In this document: positions 19,156 to 26,869 of the stretch, in pieces
Position numbering within the stretch: the stretch's first letter is position 1
Layout of the letters: each line of letters begins with the position of its first letter
Source of the DNA: Gemmatimonadales bacterium
GTDB lineage: Bacteria; Gemmatimonadota; Gemmatimonadetes; Gemmatimonadales; GWC2-71-9
Direction of reading: 5' to 3'
NCBI GenBank assembly: GCA_035540075.1
Contig: DATLHD010000101.1
Location: forward strand, 1-39,071
DNA: 39,071 bases
Program-made: the position numbers and the translations under genes
Notes under the pieces: generated by a model
What the model saw: the letters and a program-made list of their open reading frames with translations, nothing else
The model's database searches: none
Told to the model about the DNA's origin: nothing

Positions 19156-20129
19156 GCCGCGTACCGCTCCCGCCGCTCGCGCGCGAGCCGCCGGGCACGG
19201 GGATAGGCGGTCAGTCCCATCCAGCAGTTCCACCACATTCGCAGCAGCACCGGGGCCGGCAGCGGATCCCGGCCGAGTGCTCGTCGCAGCAGGCGCACAC
19301 CGGGCTTGGCGAGGCGCCACCCGGTGTACCCAGCCAGCGTCGGCCTCCCATGTCGGTCCGCCACTAGGTGCTTGGCCAGGAAGGCCACGACAGCGCGCTG
19401 GTGGCCGACGATCTGGTCGCACGCCGCGGCGGCCTCGGTCCGGTGCTCGTGCCAGGCGAGCGCCCGCGGCTCGTACACCACCGAGTGCCCGGCCCGGAGG
19501 GCCCGCCAGAGAAAGTCGTGATCTCCGCCCCCCGGCAATGGCATTCCGAGGTCGAGCGCTTCGTCGAATCCACCCAGCGCGAGCGCAGGCTCGCGGCGGA
19601 CGGCGTAGCTGCACCCGCTCCCGACGCTGATCGCCCAGGCGATGAGCGGCGCCGGACGGCCATGCAGGGGACGGTCGGCATGATCCGGGAGCACGATCCG
19701 CTCGAGACCGCGCGAGAACCCGCCGTTCGCCTCGAACAGCCGCTCGCCCGGAGTGTTCAGCCCCAGTGGCTCGACCCGCCCGGTGCACACCGCGACACGA
19801 GGCTCCGTCTGGAAGACGTGGAGCAGGGCACCGGCCCAGTCCACGTCCGCCACCGCGTCGTCGTCGAGAAACGCGAGCACCTCGTCCCGCGCCTCGACCA
19901 ACGCGCGGTTGCGGGCGAAGTCGAGGCCGGGGACCGGCTCCGCCACGTAGCGCACCGAGGGGAACCGGGACGCCACGAGCGCGCGGACCGCCCCGTTGCC
20001 GGGAGCGTTGTCCACCACCAGGATCTCGGCCGGTGGCAGGGTCTGGCGCAGCAGCGAATCGAGCGCGCGCTGAAGGAGGATGGGCCGGTCCCGGGTGCAC
20101 ACGGCCGCGCTGAGACGCATGGCCGTCAT
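19152..20129 (-). CDS. GT2 glycosyltransferase (paralog of 16424-17638)
   Basis: AAVCTRDR, LVVDNAPGNG, PGLDFARNRA, AFLDDDA, GGGDHDFLWR. ATG 20129 overlaps the upstream stop (ATGA). The upstream part of the 510-aa track ORF was rejected. Confidence 0.85.
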   Translation of the reverse strand: MTAMRLSAAVCTRDRPILLQRALDSLLRQTLPPAEILVVDNAPGNGAVRALVASRFPSVRYVAEPVPGLDFARNRALVEARDEVLAFLDDDAVADVDWAGALLHVFQTEPRVAVCTGRVEPLGLNTPGERLFEANGGFSRGLERIVLPDHADRPLHGRPAPLIAWAISVGSGCSYAVRREPALALGGFDEALDLGMPLPGGGDHDFLWRALRAGHSVVYEPRALAWHEHRTEAAAACDQIVGHQRAVVAFLAKHLVADRHGRPTLAGYTGWRLAKPGVRLLRRALGRDPLPAPVLLRMWWNCWMGLTAYPRARRLARERRERYAA

Positions 20130-21085
20130 TCCCAGCGCGGCCTGACGGGCAGGGCCGCCTCGCCCTGGCGGATCCAGCGGATGCCCCCGGCCACCAGGCC
20201 GGCGGAGTAGGCAAGCCGAGCGGCGAGCACCGCGGGGAGCATGAACAGTGGCTCTGCCACGCGCGCCCGGGCCCAGCATCCCAGGATGTAGGCCGTCGTC
20301 CCGAGCGCGATCGGCAGGCTCCCCGCTACGAGGAGGCCGGGGTAGCGGTACACCCACGCGGCTCGCGCGGCACCGGTGGAGGCCTTGCTCTCGATGGCGC
20401 TGTAGCCCCATCGGTAATTGCGCCGCAGGAGATTGCCGAACCCGGCGCGGTTGTGGTGATACACCCGTGCCCCCGGGACGAAGACGATCTTTCCCCCGGC
20501 GCGCCGCACCGCCGCCTGCCAGGCCAGCTCCTCGTGGGAGTAGGCGATGGGCTGCTGCTCGGTGAATCCTCCGGTGCGAGCGAACACCCCACGCCGGACG
20601 CTCAGATTTCCGGGAGGATGATTGGAGACCTCGCCGCCCTCGCGCCCCGAGTGCACGTGGTACCAGCCGCAGTAGTAGTCGCACCGCGCCGTGAGGGTCA
20701 GGTCCGGCGGCAGGTCGAGCGATCCTCCGACGACTTCCGTGCCCCGACCGTGCTCGTCCAGGAGGCGGCCGAGCCAGTCCGCCGCGGGCGCGCAGTCGGC
20801 ATCGAGAAAGACGATCGGGTCGCCGGCGGCGAGGGCCGCCCCCCGATTGCGGCCGATCGCCGGGTTGCCCAGCTCCCTGCCGGGCTCCGCTTCCAGCACC
20901 CGAGCGCCGGCGGCCCGCGCCTCGGCGACCGTATCGTCCGTGGAGTCGTCATCCACCACGATCACTTCAATCACCCGCCCGCGTGCGTCCTGCGCCAGGA
21001 CCGCGCGAACGAGGGCGCCGATGCGGCCAGCCTCGTTGCGCGCGGGGATGACGACGGTGACCAGGGTCGAATCAGGCGGGAACAC
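20126..21085 (-). CDS. GT2 glycosyltransferase
   Basis: VTVVIPARNE, VIVVDDDSTDDT and FLDADC (DxD), with a hydrophobic C-terminal tail. GTG start gives a 14-nt overlap with the upstream GT4 gene. Confidence 0.85.
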   Translation of the reverse strand: MFPPDSTLVTVVIPARNEAGRIGALVRAVLAQDARGRVIEVIVVDDDSTDDTVAEARAAGARVLEAEPGRELGNPAIGRNRGAALAAGDPIVFLDADCAPAADWLGRLLDEHGRGTEVVGGSLDLPPDLTLTARCDYYCGWYHVHSGREGGEVSNHPPGNLSVRRGVFARTGGFTEQQPIAYSHEELAWQAAVRRAGGKIVFVPGARVYHHNRAGFGNLLRRNYRWGYSAIESKASTGAARAAWVYRYPGLLVAGSLPIALGTTAYILGCWARARVAEPLFMLPAVLAARLAYSAGLVAGGIRWIRQGEAALPVRPRWE

Positions 21086-22328
21086 GGCGGTGTACGTCGT
21101 CGTAGATCTCCCCCACCGTGCGCACGAAGCGGCTCCAGCCGAGGTGCTCGAAGGCGTACTGCCGGGCGGCCTCTCCCAGCTCGCGGCCCCGGGTGGGGCC
21201 GCGGAGGATGGAGACGATCCCCTCGGCCAACGCTGCCGAGGTCGGCTGGACCAGCACGGCCGTGTCCTGGGTGAGCACGGAACGATGGGTCGAGATGTCG
21301 GTGGCGACGATCGGCCGACCCGCGGCGAGGTAGTCGAAGATCTTGAGGGGAAGGTTGCCCCCGAACGCGCGAGGCGAGACCAGCACGTCCGCCATCGCCA
21401 GGTACACCGGAATCGAGCTCCGGGGCTGGCGCTCCACGACCGTCAGGATGCCGGTACGGGTCAGCTCTGCGGCCCCGTCGGGGAGCGGGGTTCCCGCGGC
21501 GCGGTCGGCGCCGACCAGGACGAACCGCGCGTTCGGCACCGCGGCGACCACCGCGGGAATGGCGGCGACCAGGTCATCCAGCCCCTGGTAGGTCTCGAAA
21601 GTGCCACTGTACAGGATGACCTGAGCGTCCTGAACGAGCCCGAGCTGCCGTCGCAGCGACAGCGATTCGAAGGTCGGTACCTCGCCCGGCGTGCTGGGGA
21701 AGTGCCATTCCCGCACTTTCGTCCCGGGAGCCGTATGTCGGACCCGGTCCCCTAGTCCCGCGCTTGCCACCACGAGATCCGCCCGGCCGAGCAGCCAGCG
21801 CTCGGCTTCGCGCAGAAGCATCGGCATCGGCGGGACACGAGCCGCGGCGTGCTTTCTCAGTTGCTCGGGGAGACTCGACTGCATGTCGTAGAGGAGCGGG
21901 ATTCGATGGCGTCGAGCAAGAACCAACGCCGGCCACGCCGCCTCTTCCAGCGCGTGGACGCAGGTGTAAGTCTCCCGCGAGAGTCGCTGGCGCAGCGCAC
22001 GAACCAGCGATGCATCCAGGAGCAGCTTGCGGATGGAGAGACCGATCGGCACGCTGCGGATCGCGAGTGGGTTGCCGGCCCGAAAGGTCCGCAATCCGGG
22101 GAGATGGATGTCGCTGCCGACCGGAAAGGTGAGCAGATCCACCTGGTACCCCAGCTCGCTCGCCGCCTGCAGCACCTGGCGGAGCGCGATGGGGGTGCCG
22201 CGGTCCTGGTAGAACGGCTGTGGCGCGATCGCGAGGATCCGGCGCGCGGCGAACTCTCCGGAGCGGGTGAACCGCCTTGCACCGGACCGTTCGCCGCTCG
22301 CCGAAAGCATCACGCTGGGCAGGGTCAT
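21072..22328 (-). CDS. GT4 (GT-B fold) glycosyltransferase
   Basis: RILAIAPQPFYQDRGTPIA near the N-terminus and SPRAFGGNLPLKIFDYLAAGRPIVATD (E/KxxxxxxE-type C-terminal motif region). ATG 22328 is preferred over TTG 22409 because the intervening codons are AT-rich and noncoding-like. Confidence 0.85.
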   Translation of the reverse strand: MTLPSVMLSASGERSGARRFTRSGEFAARRILAIAPQPFYQDRGTPIALRQVLQAASELGYQVDLLTFPVGSDIHLPGLRTFRAGNPLAIRSVPIGLSIRKLLLDASLVRALRQRLSRETYTCVHALEEAAWPALVLARRHRIPLLYDMQSSLPEQLRKHAAARVPPMPMLLREAERWLLGRADLVVASAGLGDRVRHTAPGTKVREWHFPSTPGEVPTFESLSLRRQLGLVQDAQVILYSGTFETYQGLDDLVAAIPAVVAAVPNARFVLVGADRAAGTPLPDGAAELTRTGILTVVERQPRSSIPVYLAMADVLVSPRAFGGNLPLKIFDYLAAGRPIVATDISTHRSVLTQDTAVLVQPTSAALAEGIVSILRGPTRGRELGEAARQYAFEHLGWSRFVRTVGEIYDDVHRRVPA

Positions 22329-22466
22329 CGCACCGTAAGAGCAAGTAACTGAATGAGTTGCGTAACAGGGCGTCGGCTCGACTCGGCCGATTGACCCTCC
22401 GATCAGCAAGAACCCTGCCCGCTACCGAGGTCTAGCCAGCTGCGGAAATGATTTGGGTGTAGGGCT
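22329..22466 (-). promoter_or_regulatory. Probable promoter / 5' leader region of the glycan operon
   Basis: This is the only gap over 20 nt in the minus-strand gene run from 33295 to 13570, and it is visibly less GC-rich than its flanks. I could identify no specific -35/-10 elements. Confidence 0.35.
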
Positions 22467-23150
22467 TTAGACTGCGGCGGAAGGGCAGAGATCAGCCACC
22501 ACGCAGTCGGGGCAGCGAGGACGCCGGGCGATGCAGATCTGTCGCCCGTGCGTGATCAGGAGGTGGGAGAGCAGGGCCCAGTCCTCCCTCGGGAAGAGGG
22601 GCATGAGGTCCTGCTCGATGCGTATCGGGTCGTCGTGCCGGGTGAGACCGAGCAGTCGCGAGAGACGGGTGACGTGGGTGTCCACCGTGATTCCCTCGTT
22701 GATTCCGTACGCGTTTCCAAGGATGACATTCGCCGTCTTCCGACCGACCCCCGGCAGCACCTGGAGCTCCTCCATGCTTCGCGGCACCTCGCCGCGATGG
22801 TCCGCCACGAGGCCCTGCGCCATCCCCACGAGGCTGCGCGCCTTGTTGCGGAAGAACCCGGTGGATCGGATCAGCTCCTCCACCTCGGCGCGGTCGGCTC
22901 GGGCAAGATCCTCGGGCCTGGGGTAGCGGGCGAAGAAGGCCGGCGTCACCATGTTCACCCGGGCATCGGTGCACTGGGCCGACAGGATCGTGGCGACGAG
23001 GAGCTGGTAGGCGTCGGCATGGTCGAGCGCGCAGGCGGCATCGGGATAGCTCTGGTGCAGACGCTGGAAGATGAGCCTGGCGCGCTCCGCTTTCGCCGCG
23101 GCGGACTCGCGTCCCTTGCGGGCTCTCAAGGACGCCGGCGCCCGGCCCAC
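22467..23150 (-). CDS. nth: Endonuclease III (DNA glycosylase/AP lyase)
   Basis: HhH-GPD motif LPGVGRKTANVILGNAYG, catalytic Asp context VDTHVTRL, and the 4Fe-4S cluster loop CIARRPRCPDCVVADLC (C-x6-C-x2-C-x5-C). Confidence 0.95.
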   Translation of the reverse strand: MGRAPASLRARKGRESAAAKAERARLIFQRLHQSYPDAACALDHADAYQLLVATILSAQCTDARVNMVTPAFFARYPRPEDLARADRAEVEELIRSTGFFRNKARSLVGMAQGLVADHRGEVPRSMEELQVLPGVGRKTANVILGNAYGINEGITVDTHVTRLSRLLGLTRHDDPIRIEQDLMPLFPREDWALLSHLLITHGRQICIARRPRCPDCVVADLCPSAAV

Positions 23151-24868
23151 GTCGTGAACTCCTCGGCGGTGCAGCTGTTGAGGACGTCGGTCGGGCCCAG
23201 CCAGCCTTTGCGCGCGATGCCGACGCCGTACTCCACATGTCCTATTCCGGCTATGCTGTGCGCGTCGGCGCCGATGGAGACCATGACGCCCCCCTCGCGC
23301 ACCCGCTGTAACACTCTCCAGTCCAGGTCGAGCCGATGGGGATCCGCATTGACCTCCAGCGCCACGCCTCGCTCGGCAGCCTTCTCGATCACCAGATCGA
23401 GATCCAGCCCGTACGGGTCGCGGGAGAGGAGGAGTCGGCCGGTCGGATGGCCGATGATGGTGAGGTATGGGTTGTCCATCGCGATGAGCAGGCGCGAGGT
23501 CATCTCCGCGACGGTCATGTTGAAGCGGGAGTGAATGGAGGCGATCACGAAGTCGAGCCGTTGCAGCACCCGCTCCTCGAAATCCACCCGGCCATCGCCG
23601 AGAATGTCCGCCTCGACGCCCTTGAGCACCCGGATGCCATCGAGTCCCGCGTTCACTTCGTCGATCTCGTCGGCCTGGCGAAGCAGATCATCGGCCTTGA
23701 GCCCGCCGGCGTAGGCGGCTGCCTGGCTGTGGTCGGTGATGCCGATCCACTGATAACCGGCCGCCTTGCACGCTAGCGCCAGCTCTTCGATCGTATTGGA
23801 GCCGTCGGAGTACTTGGTATGACAGTGGAGGAAGCCCCGCAGGTCGCCGCGCTCCACCAGGCGAGGGAGCTCACTCCGCTCGGCCGCGGCGATCTCCCCC
23901 CGACCTTCGCGCAGCTCGGGCTCGATGTAGTCGAGGCCGAGGGCGCGGTAGAGACTCTCCTCGTCGGGCGTGTAGACGAACTCGCTTCCATGCCAGAGCG
24001 CCGCACCGGTGAGCGCCAGCCCCCGGGCCGACGCGTGCGCCGCCAGCTGCACCACGTGCTGATCGCTGCCGGTGGCCTGCACCAGTACGGCGCCCACGTT
24101 GACCGGCGTCGTCACGATGATCTGCGCGCTCGCGCCGCCGGCGAAGCGGAGCGTGAGCCGGCGCTCGTCCTGCCCGGCGAACTCGTGGACGCCCGGATGC
24201 TGGCTGAGACGCTTGAACAGCTCGCCAGGCGAGACGTCGGCCACCAGGACCATCACCAGGTCACGCACGACTTCCGTCCGGCGGCGCACGTCGCCGGCAA
24301 TCAGGGCGGCCGTCACGCCGGGGAGCTTCGCCAGCGCGGTCCGCAATCCCTCAGCCTCGTCGGCGGCGTGGTGCGACAGGCGGTACGCGCTCGCCTGGCG
24401 GAGGAAGGCGATGCTCTTGAGGATGTTCTCCGACGTCTTCTGGCCGAACCGGGGCAGCTTGGCCAGGCGGCCGTCGGTCGCCGCGGCCTCGAGATCGGGC
24501 AGCGAATCGATGCCGAGGACATCGTGGATCTGGCGGATCTTGGCGACGCCGAGTCCGGCGATGGACAGCATCTCGACCAGGCCCGGTGGGATCTGCTCGC
24601 GCAGCTCTTCCAGCATGCCCGCGCGACCGGTGTTGATCAGCTCGACCGCGATCTGGAGGGTGGCTGGACCGACGCCCTTGGCCGCGGCAAGCGAGCCGTC
24701 CTCCAGGCCCTGGCGCAGGTCACCGCTAAAGCCCGCGATGGCGCGGGCGGCGGTGCGGAACGCCCGGATGCGGAACGGATTCTCGCCCTTGAGCTCGAGA
24801 AAGGCCGCCATCTGCTCCAGGACATCGCCCACGGCCTTCTTGTCCATGAAGTCCTTCAGGGTCTCCAT
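23126..24868 (-). CDS. polX: Family X DNA polymerase with C-terminal PHP domain (PolX)
   Basis: 580 aa from ATG 24868. N-terminal LELKGENPFRIRAFRTAARAI, HhH segments, and PHP motifs HCHTKYSDG ... ITDHS ... ASIHS. The upstream part of the 728-aa track ORF was rejected. Confidence 0.9.
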   Translation of the reverse strand: METLKDFMDKKAVGDVLEQMAAFLELKGENPFRIRAFRTAARAIAGFSGDLRQGLEDGSLAAAKGVGPATLQIAVELINTGRAGMLEELREQIPPGLVEMLSIAGLGVAKIRQIHDVLGIDSLPDLEAAATDGRLAKLPRFGQKTSENILKSIAFLRQASAYRLSHHAADEAEGLRTALAKLPGVTAALIAGDVRRRTEVVRDLVMVLVADVSPGELFKRLSQHPGVHEFAGQDERRLTLRFAGGASAQIIVTTPVNVGAVLVQATGSDQHVVQLAAHASARGLALTGAALWHGSEFVYTPDEESLYRALGLDYIEPELREGRGEIAAAERSELPRLVERGDLRGFLHCHTKYSDGSNTIEELALACKAAGYQWIGITDHSQAAAYAGGLKADDLLRQADEIDEVNAGLDGIRVLKGVEADILGDGRVDFEERVLQRLDFVIASIHSRFNMTVAEMTSRLLIAMDNPYLTIIGHPTGRLLLSRDPYGLDLDLVIEKAAERGVALEVNADPHRLDLDWRVLQRVREGGVMVSIGADAHSIAGIGHVEYGVGIARKGWLGPTDVLNSCTAEEFTTWAGRRRP

Positions 24869-25557
24869 CAGACCTCTCCACTGGCCACGGCAGCGGCCAC
24901 ACCCTGGGTGCGCCAGCCGAGCTCGAGCAGCTCCTCCTCGCCGATGATGGAGCGGAGACCGGCGGCGGCCGCGCCAGGCAGCGTGGGCGCGTAGAGCGCG
25001 CTGCCGTCCTCGCGAGTCAGCTTCGGAGCGCGCGGACCGGTTGCCTCCACCGCACTGAAGCCCGGTCGGTCGGCACGCAGTCCGAAGATCCCCAGCACGC
25101 GGAGCAGCCCCTGCGGGTCGCGCGAGACGAATAGTCCATCGAGCGGCTCGGGCGCCTCGTTCTCGATGACCCGGGCCCAGATCATCCGCTCGGGAAACTG
25201 GGCGTAATACGCGGTCACGTCCTTCGGCTCGGCCCCGTCCGTGGCCACCGCGCTCAGCACCTCCTCCGCCGTATCGCGAGCGATGGGGATCGTCACGGCG
25301 CCGGCGGCCCACGTGAGGTAGGCATGGTGCACCAGGGCTACCATCTGATCCATCGCCTCACCGACGCCCTCGTCCGGGCGGAGGTCGCGGAGCAGGGTGA
25401 TCACCTCGCGGTCCATCAGGAATGCGTCGCGGTCGGCGGGATCGTGACCCGAGGCGGCCAGGCTGGCGGCGATTCGAGGGAAGCTCGTCGCCACCGCGGG
25501 TTGGAAGACGAGGTCGAGCGGGGTTTCGCGAGGCATGGACGTAAGGTAATGCGGCAT
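24868..25557 (-). CDS. Hypothetical protein (no recognisable motifs), translationally coupled to polX
   Basis: 229-aa ORF with high GC3. Its TGA shares one nucleotide with the polX ATG (TGATG). It starts 5 nt after the upstream hydrolase stop. Confidence 0.65.
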   Translation of the reverse strand: MPHYLTSMPRETPLDLVFQPAVATSFPRIAASLAASGHDPADRDAFLMDREVITLLRDLRPDEGVGEAMDQMVALVHHAYLTWAAGAVTIPIARDTAEEVLSAVATDGAEPKDVTAYYAQFPERMIWARVIENEAPEPLDGLFVSRDPQGLLRVLGIFGLRADRPGFSAVEATGPRAPKLTREDGSALYAPTLPGAAAAGLRSIIGEEELLELGWRTQGVAAAVASGEV

Positions 25558-25562
25558 CCGGC

Positions 25563-26408
25563 TCAGGCCGGGAGGAAGCCGCCGACCACGCGGACAAACT
25601 CCTCGTGTGCTTCCACATACGGCACATGGCCGCAGCGGGGCACCGGATGCAGTGCGGCGCCGATCAGGGAGGCGGTGACCCGGGAGGCCTCCGGCGGGAT
25701 CGGGTCGCTCTCGCCGTGGAGGACGAGTGAGGGGATGCCGCGGAGCGTGGGGAGCCGCTCGCGGAGATCGAAGTCACCCAGGCTGGCCCACACTTCCTGC
25801 TGGGTGCGGCCCGTCACGCGGAACGGCGTGAGGTCGCGGGCGAGCGCGGGCTCGTGGAAGTACGGCGCCACGGACAGCTCGAAGATGCGCCGCTGGTAGG
25901 CCTCGGGATCCCGCTCCCGCAGTCCGCTTTCGCGAAGTGCCCGCCGCGCCTCCTGGAACTCGGGGTCGAGGTTCCGCTTGCCGAACCGCTGCTCGAACTT
26001 CTCCCGCGCCGCGCGCCAGGCGGGAGCGGGGGAGACCAGCGCCAGCCGCTCCACCCGCTCCGCATGGTCCAGCGCGTACAGTAGGGCGAGCAACCCGCCC
26101 CATGAGTACCCGACAATCGTCATGCGGCGGAGCCCCCACTGCGCGCGCAGGGCCTCCAGGTCGGCCACGTGCTCGGTCCAGCCGACGGGAACGTCGCGCG
26201 GCACGGCCGACCGGCCGCCGCCCCGCTGGTCGTAGTAGATCAGCTCGCGCCCGTCGGCGAGTGCGTCGAAGCCTGGGAGGAGATAGTCGTGATGCGCGCC
26301 TGGTCCGCCGTGCAGCACCACGACCGGCGGGCCGCCGCCGATCCGGCGCACGAACAGCTCCACGCCCCGGACACGGGCAACCGTCTCGGTGATTCCCGGA
26401 GTCGCCAC
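25563..26408 (-). CDS. Alpha/beta hydrolase, prolyl aminopeptidase-like (S33 family)
   Basis: VVVLHGGPGAHHDY, YYDQRGGGRS, nucleophile elbow GYSWGG, and C-terminal CGHVPYVE (His). Confidence 0.85.
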   Translation of the reverse strand: MATPGITETVARVRGVELFVRRIGGGPPVVVLHGGPGAHHDYLLPGFDALADGRELIYYDQRGGGRSAVPRDVPVGWTEHVADLEALRAQWGLRRMTIVGYSWGGLLALLYALDHAERVERLALVSPAPAWRAAREKFEQRFGKRNLDPEFQEARRALRESGLRERDPEAYQRRIFELSVAPYFHEPALARDLTPFRVTGRTQQEVWASLGDFDLRERLPTLRGIPSLVLHGESDPIPPEASRVTASLIGAALHPVPRCGHVPYVEAHEEFVRVVGGFLPA

Positions 26409-26411
26409 CTG

Positions 26412-26867
26412 CTACAGCAGCACGGCCAGCGCGTCGGCGACGCGACGGACCTCCGCCTCTTCCTCGGCCGTGAAGGGGTCGGGCTCGTCGCTGTCCACGT
26501 CGATCTGACCCAGGATCCGGTCGCCGCGACGGATGAGCACCACCAGCTCGGAGCGGGTCCAGGTGTTGCAGGCGATGTAGTTGTCCACCGCGCGGACGTC
26601 CGGCACGTTCTGATCCTTGCCCGTCGCCACGGCGGTCCCACAGACACCCTGACCGACGGGGATGTGGGTGTGATCGGTGTCGCGGCCGGCGTAGGCCTCG
26701 AGCACGAGCTCGTCGCCGTGGAGCATGTACATGTAGACCGAGGTGTAGGGCGCGCCGGTCGCGCGGATCTTCTCGGCGGCAGTCCGAAGAAGGTCGATCC
26801 GCCCGACTTCCCTCGCGAAGACGCCGCGCAGGGTCGCGATCACCTTGTCCGCGTGCAGCACCGGCAT
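26412..26867 (-). CDS. GAF-domain protein, free methionine-(R)-sulfoxide reductase-like
   Basis: 151 aa. GQGVCGTA and NYIACNTWTRSELVV match the Cys-containing motifs I remember for the YebR/fRMsr family. Confidence 0.75.
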   Translation of the reverse strand: MPVLHADKVIATLRGVFAREVGRIDLLRTAAEKIRATGAPYTSVYMYMLHGDELVLEAYAGRDTDHTHIPVGQGVCGTAVATGKDQNVPDVRAVDNYIACNTWTRSELVVLIRRGDRILGQIDVDSDEPDPFTAEEEAEVRRVADALAVLL

Positions 26868-26869
26868 CG

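Noticed and set aside
19156-20684. Upstream extensions of the wzm ORF (to 20214) and of the GT2 ORF (to 20684)
   Set aside because: The extended parts overlap neighbouring genes in other frames and look non-protein-like. Internal ATGs sit exactly at ATGA junctions with the preceding stops.
24869-25312. 148-codon upstream extension of the PolX ORF
   Set aside because: It overlaps the hypothetical gene in another frame and is Arg/Gly-rich. PolX homologs start near METLKDF...LELKGENPFR.
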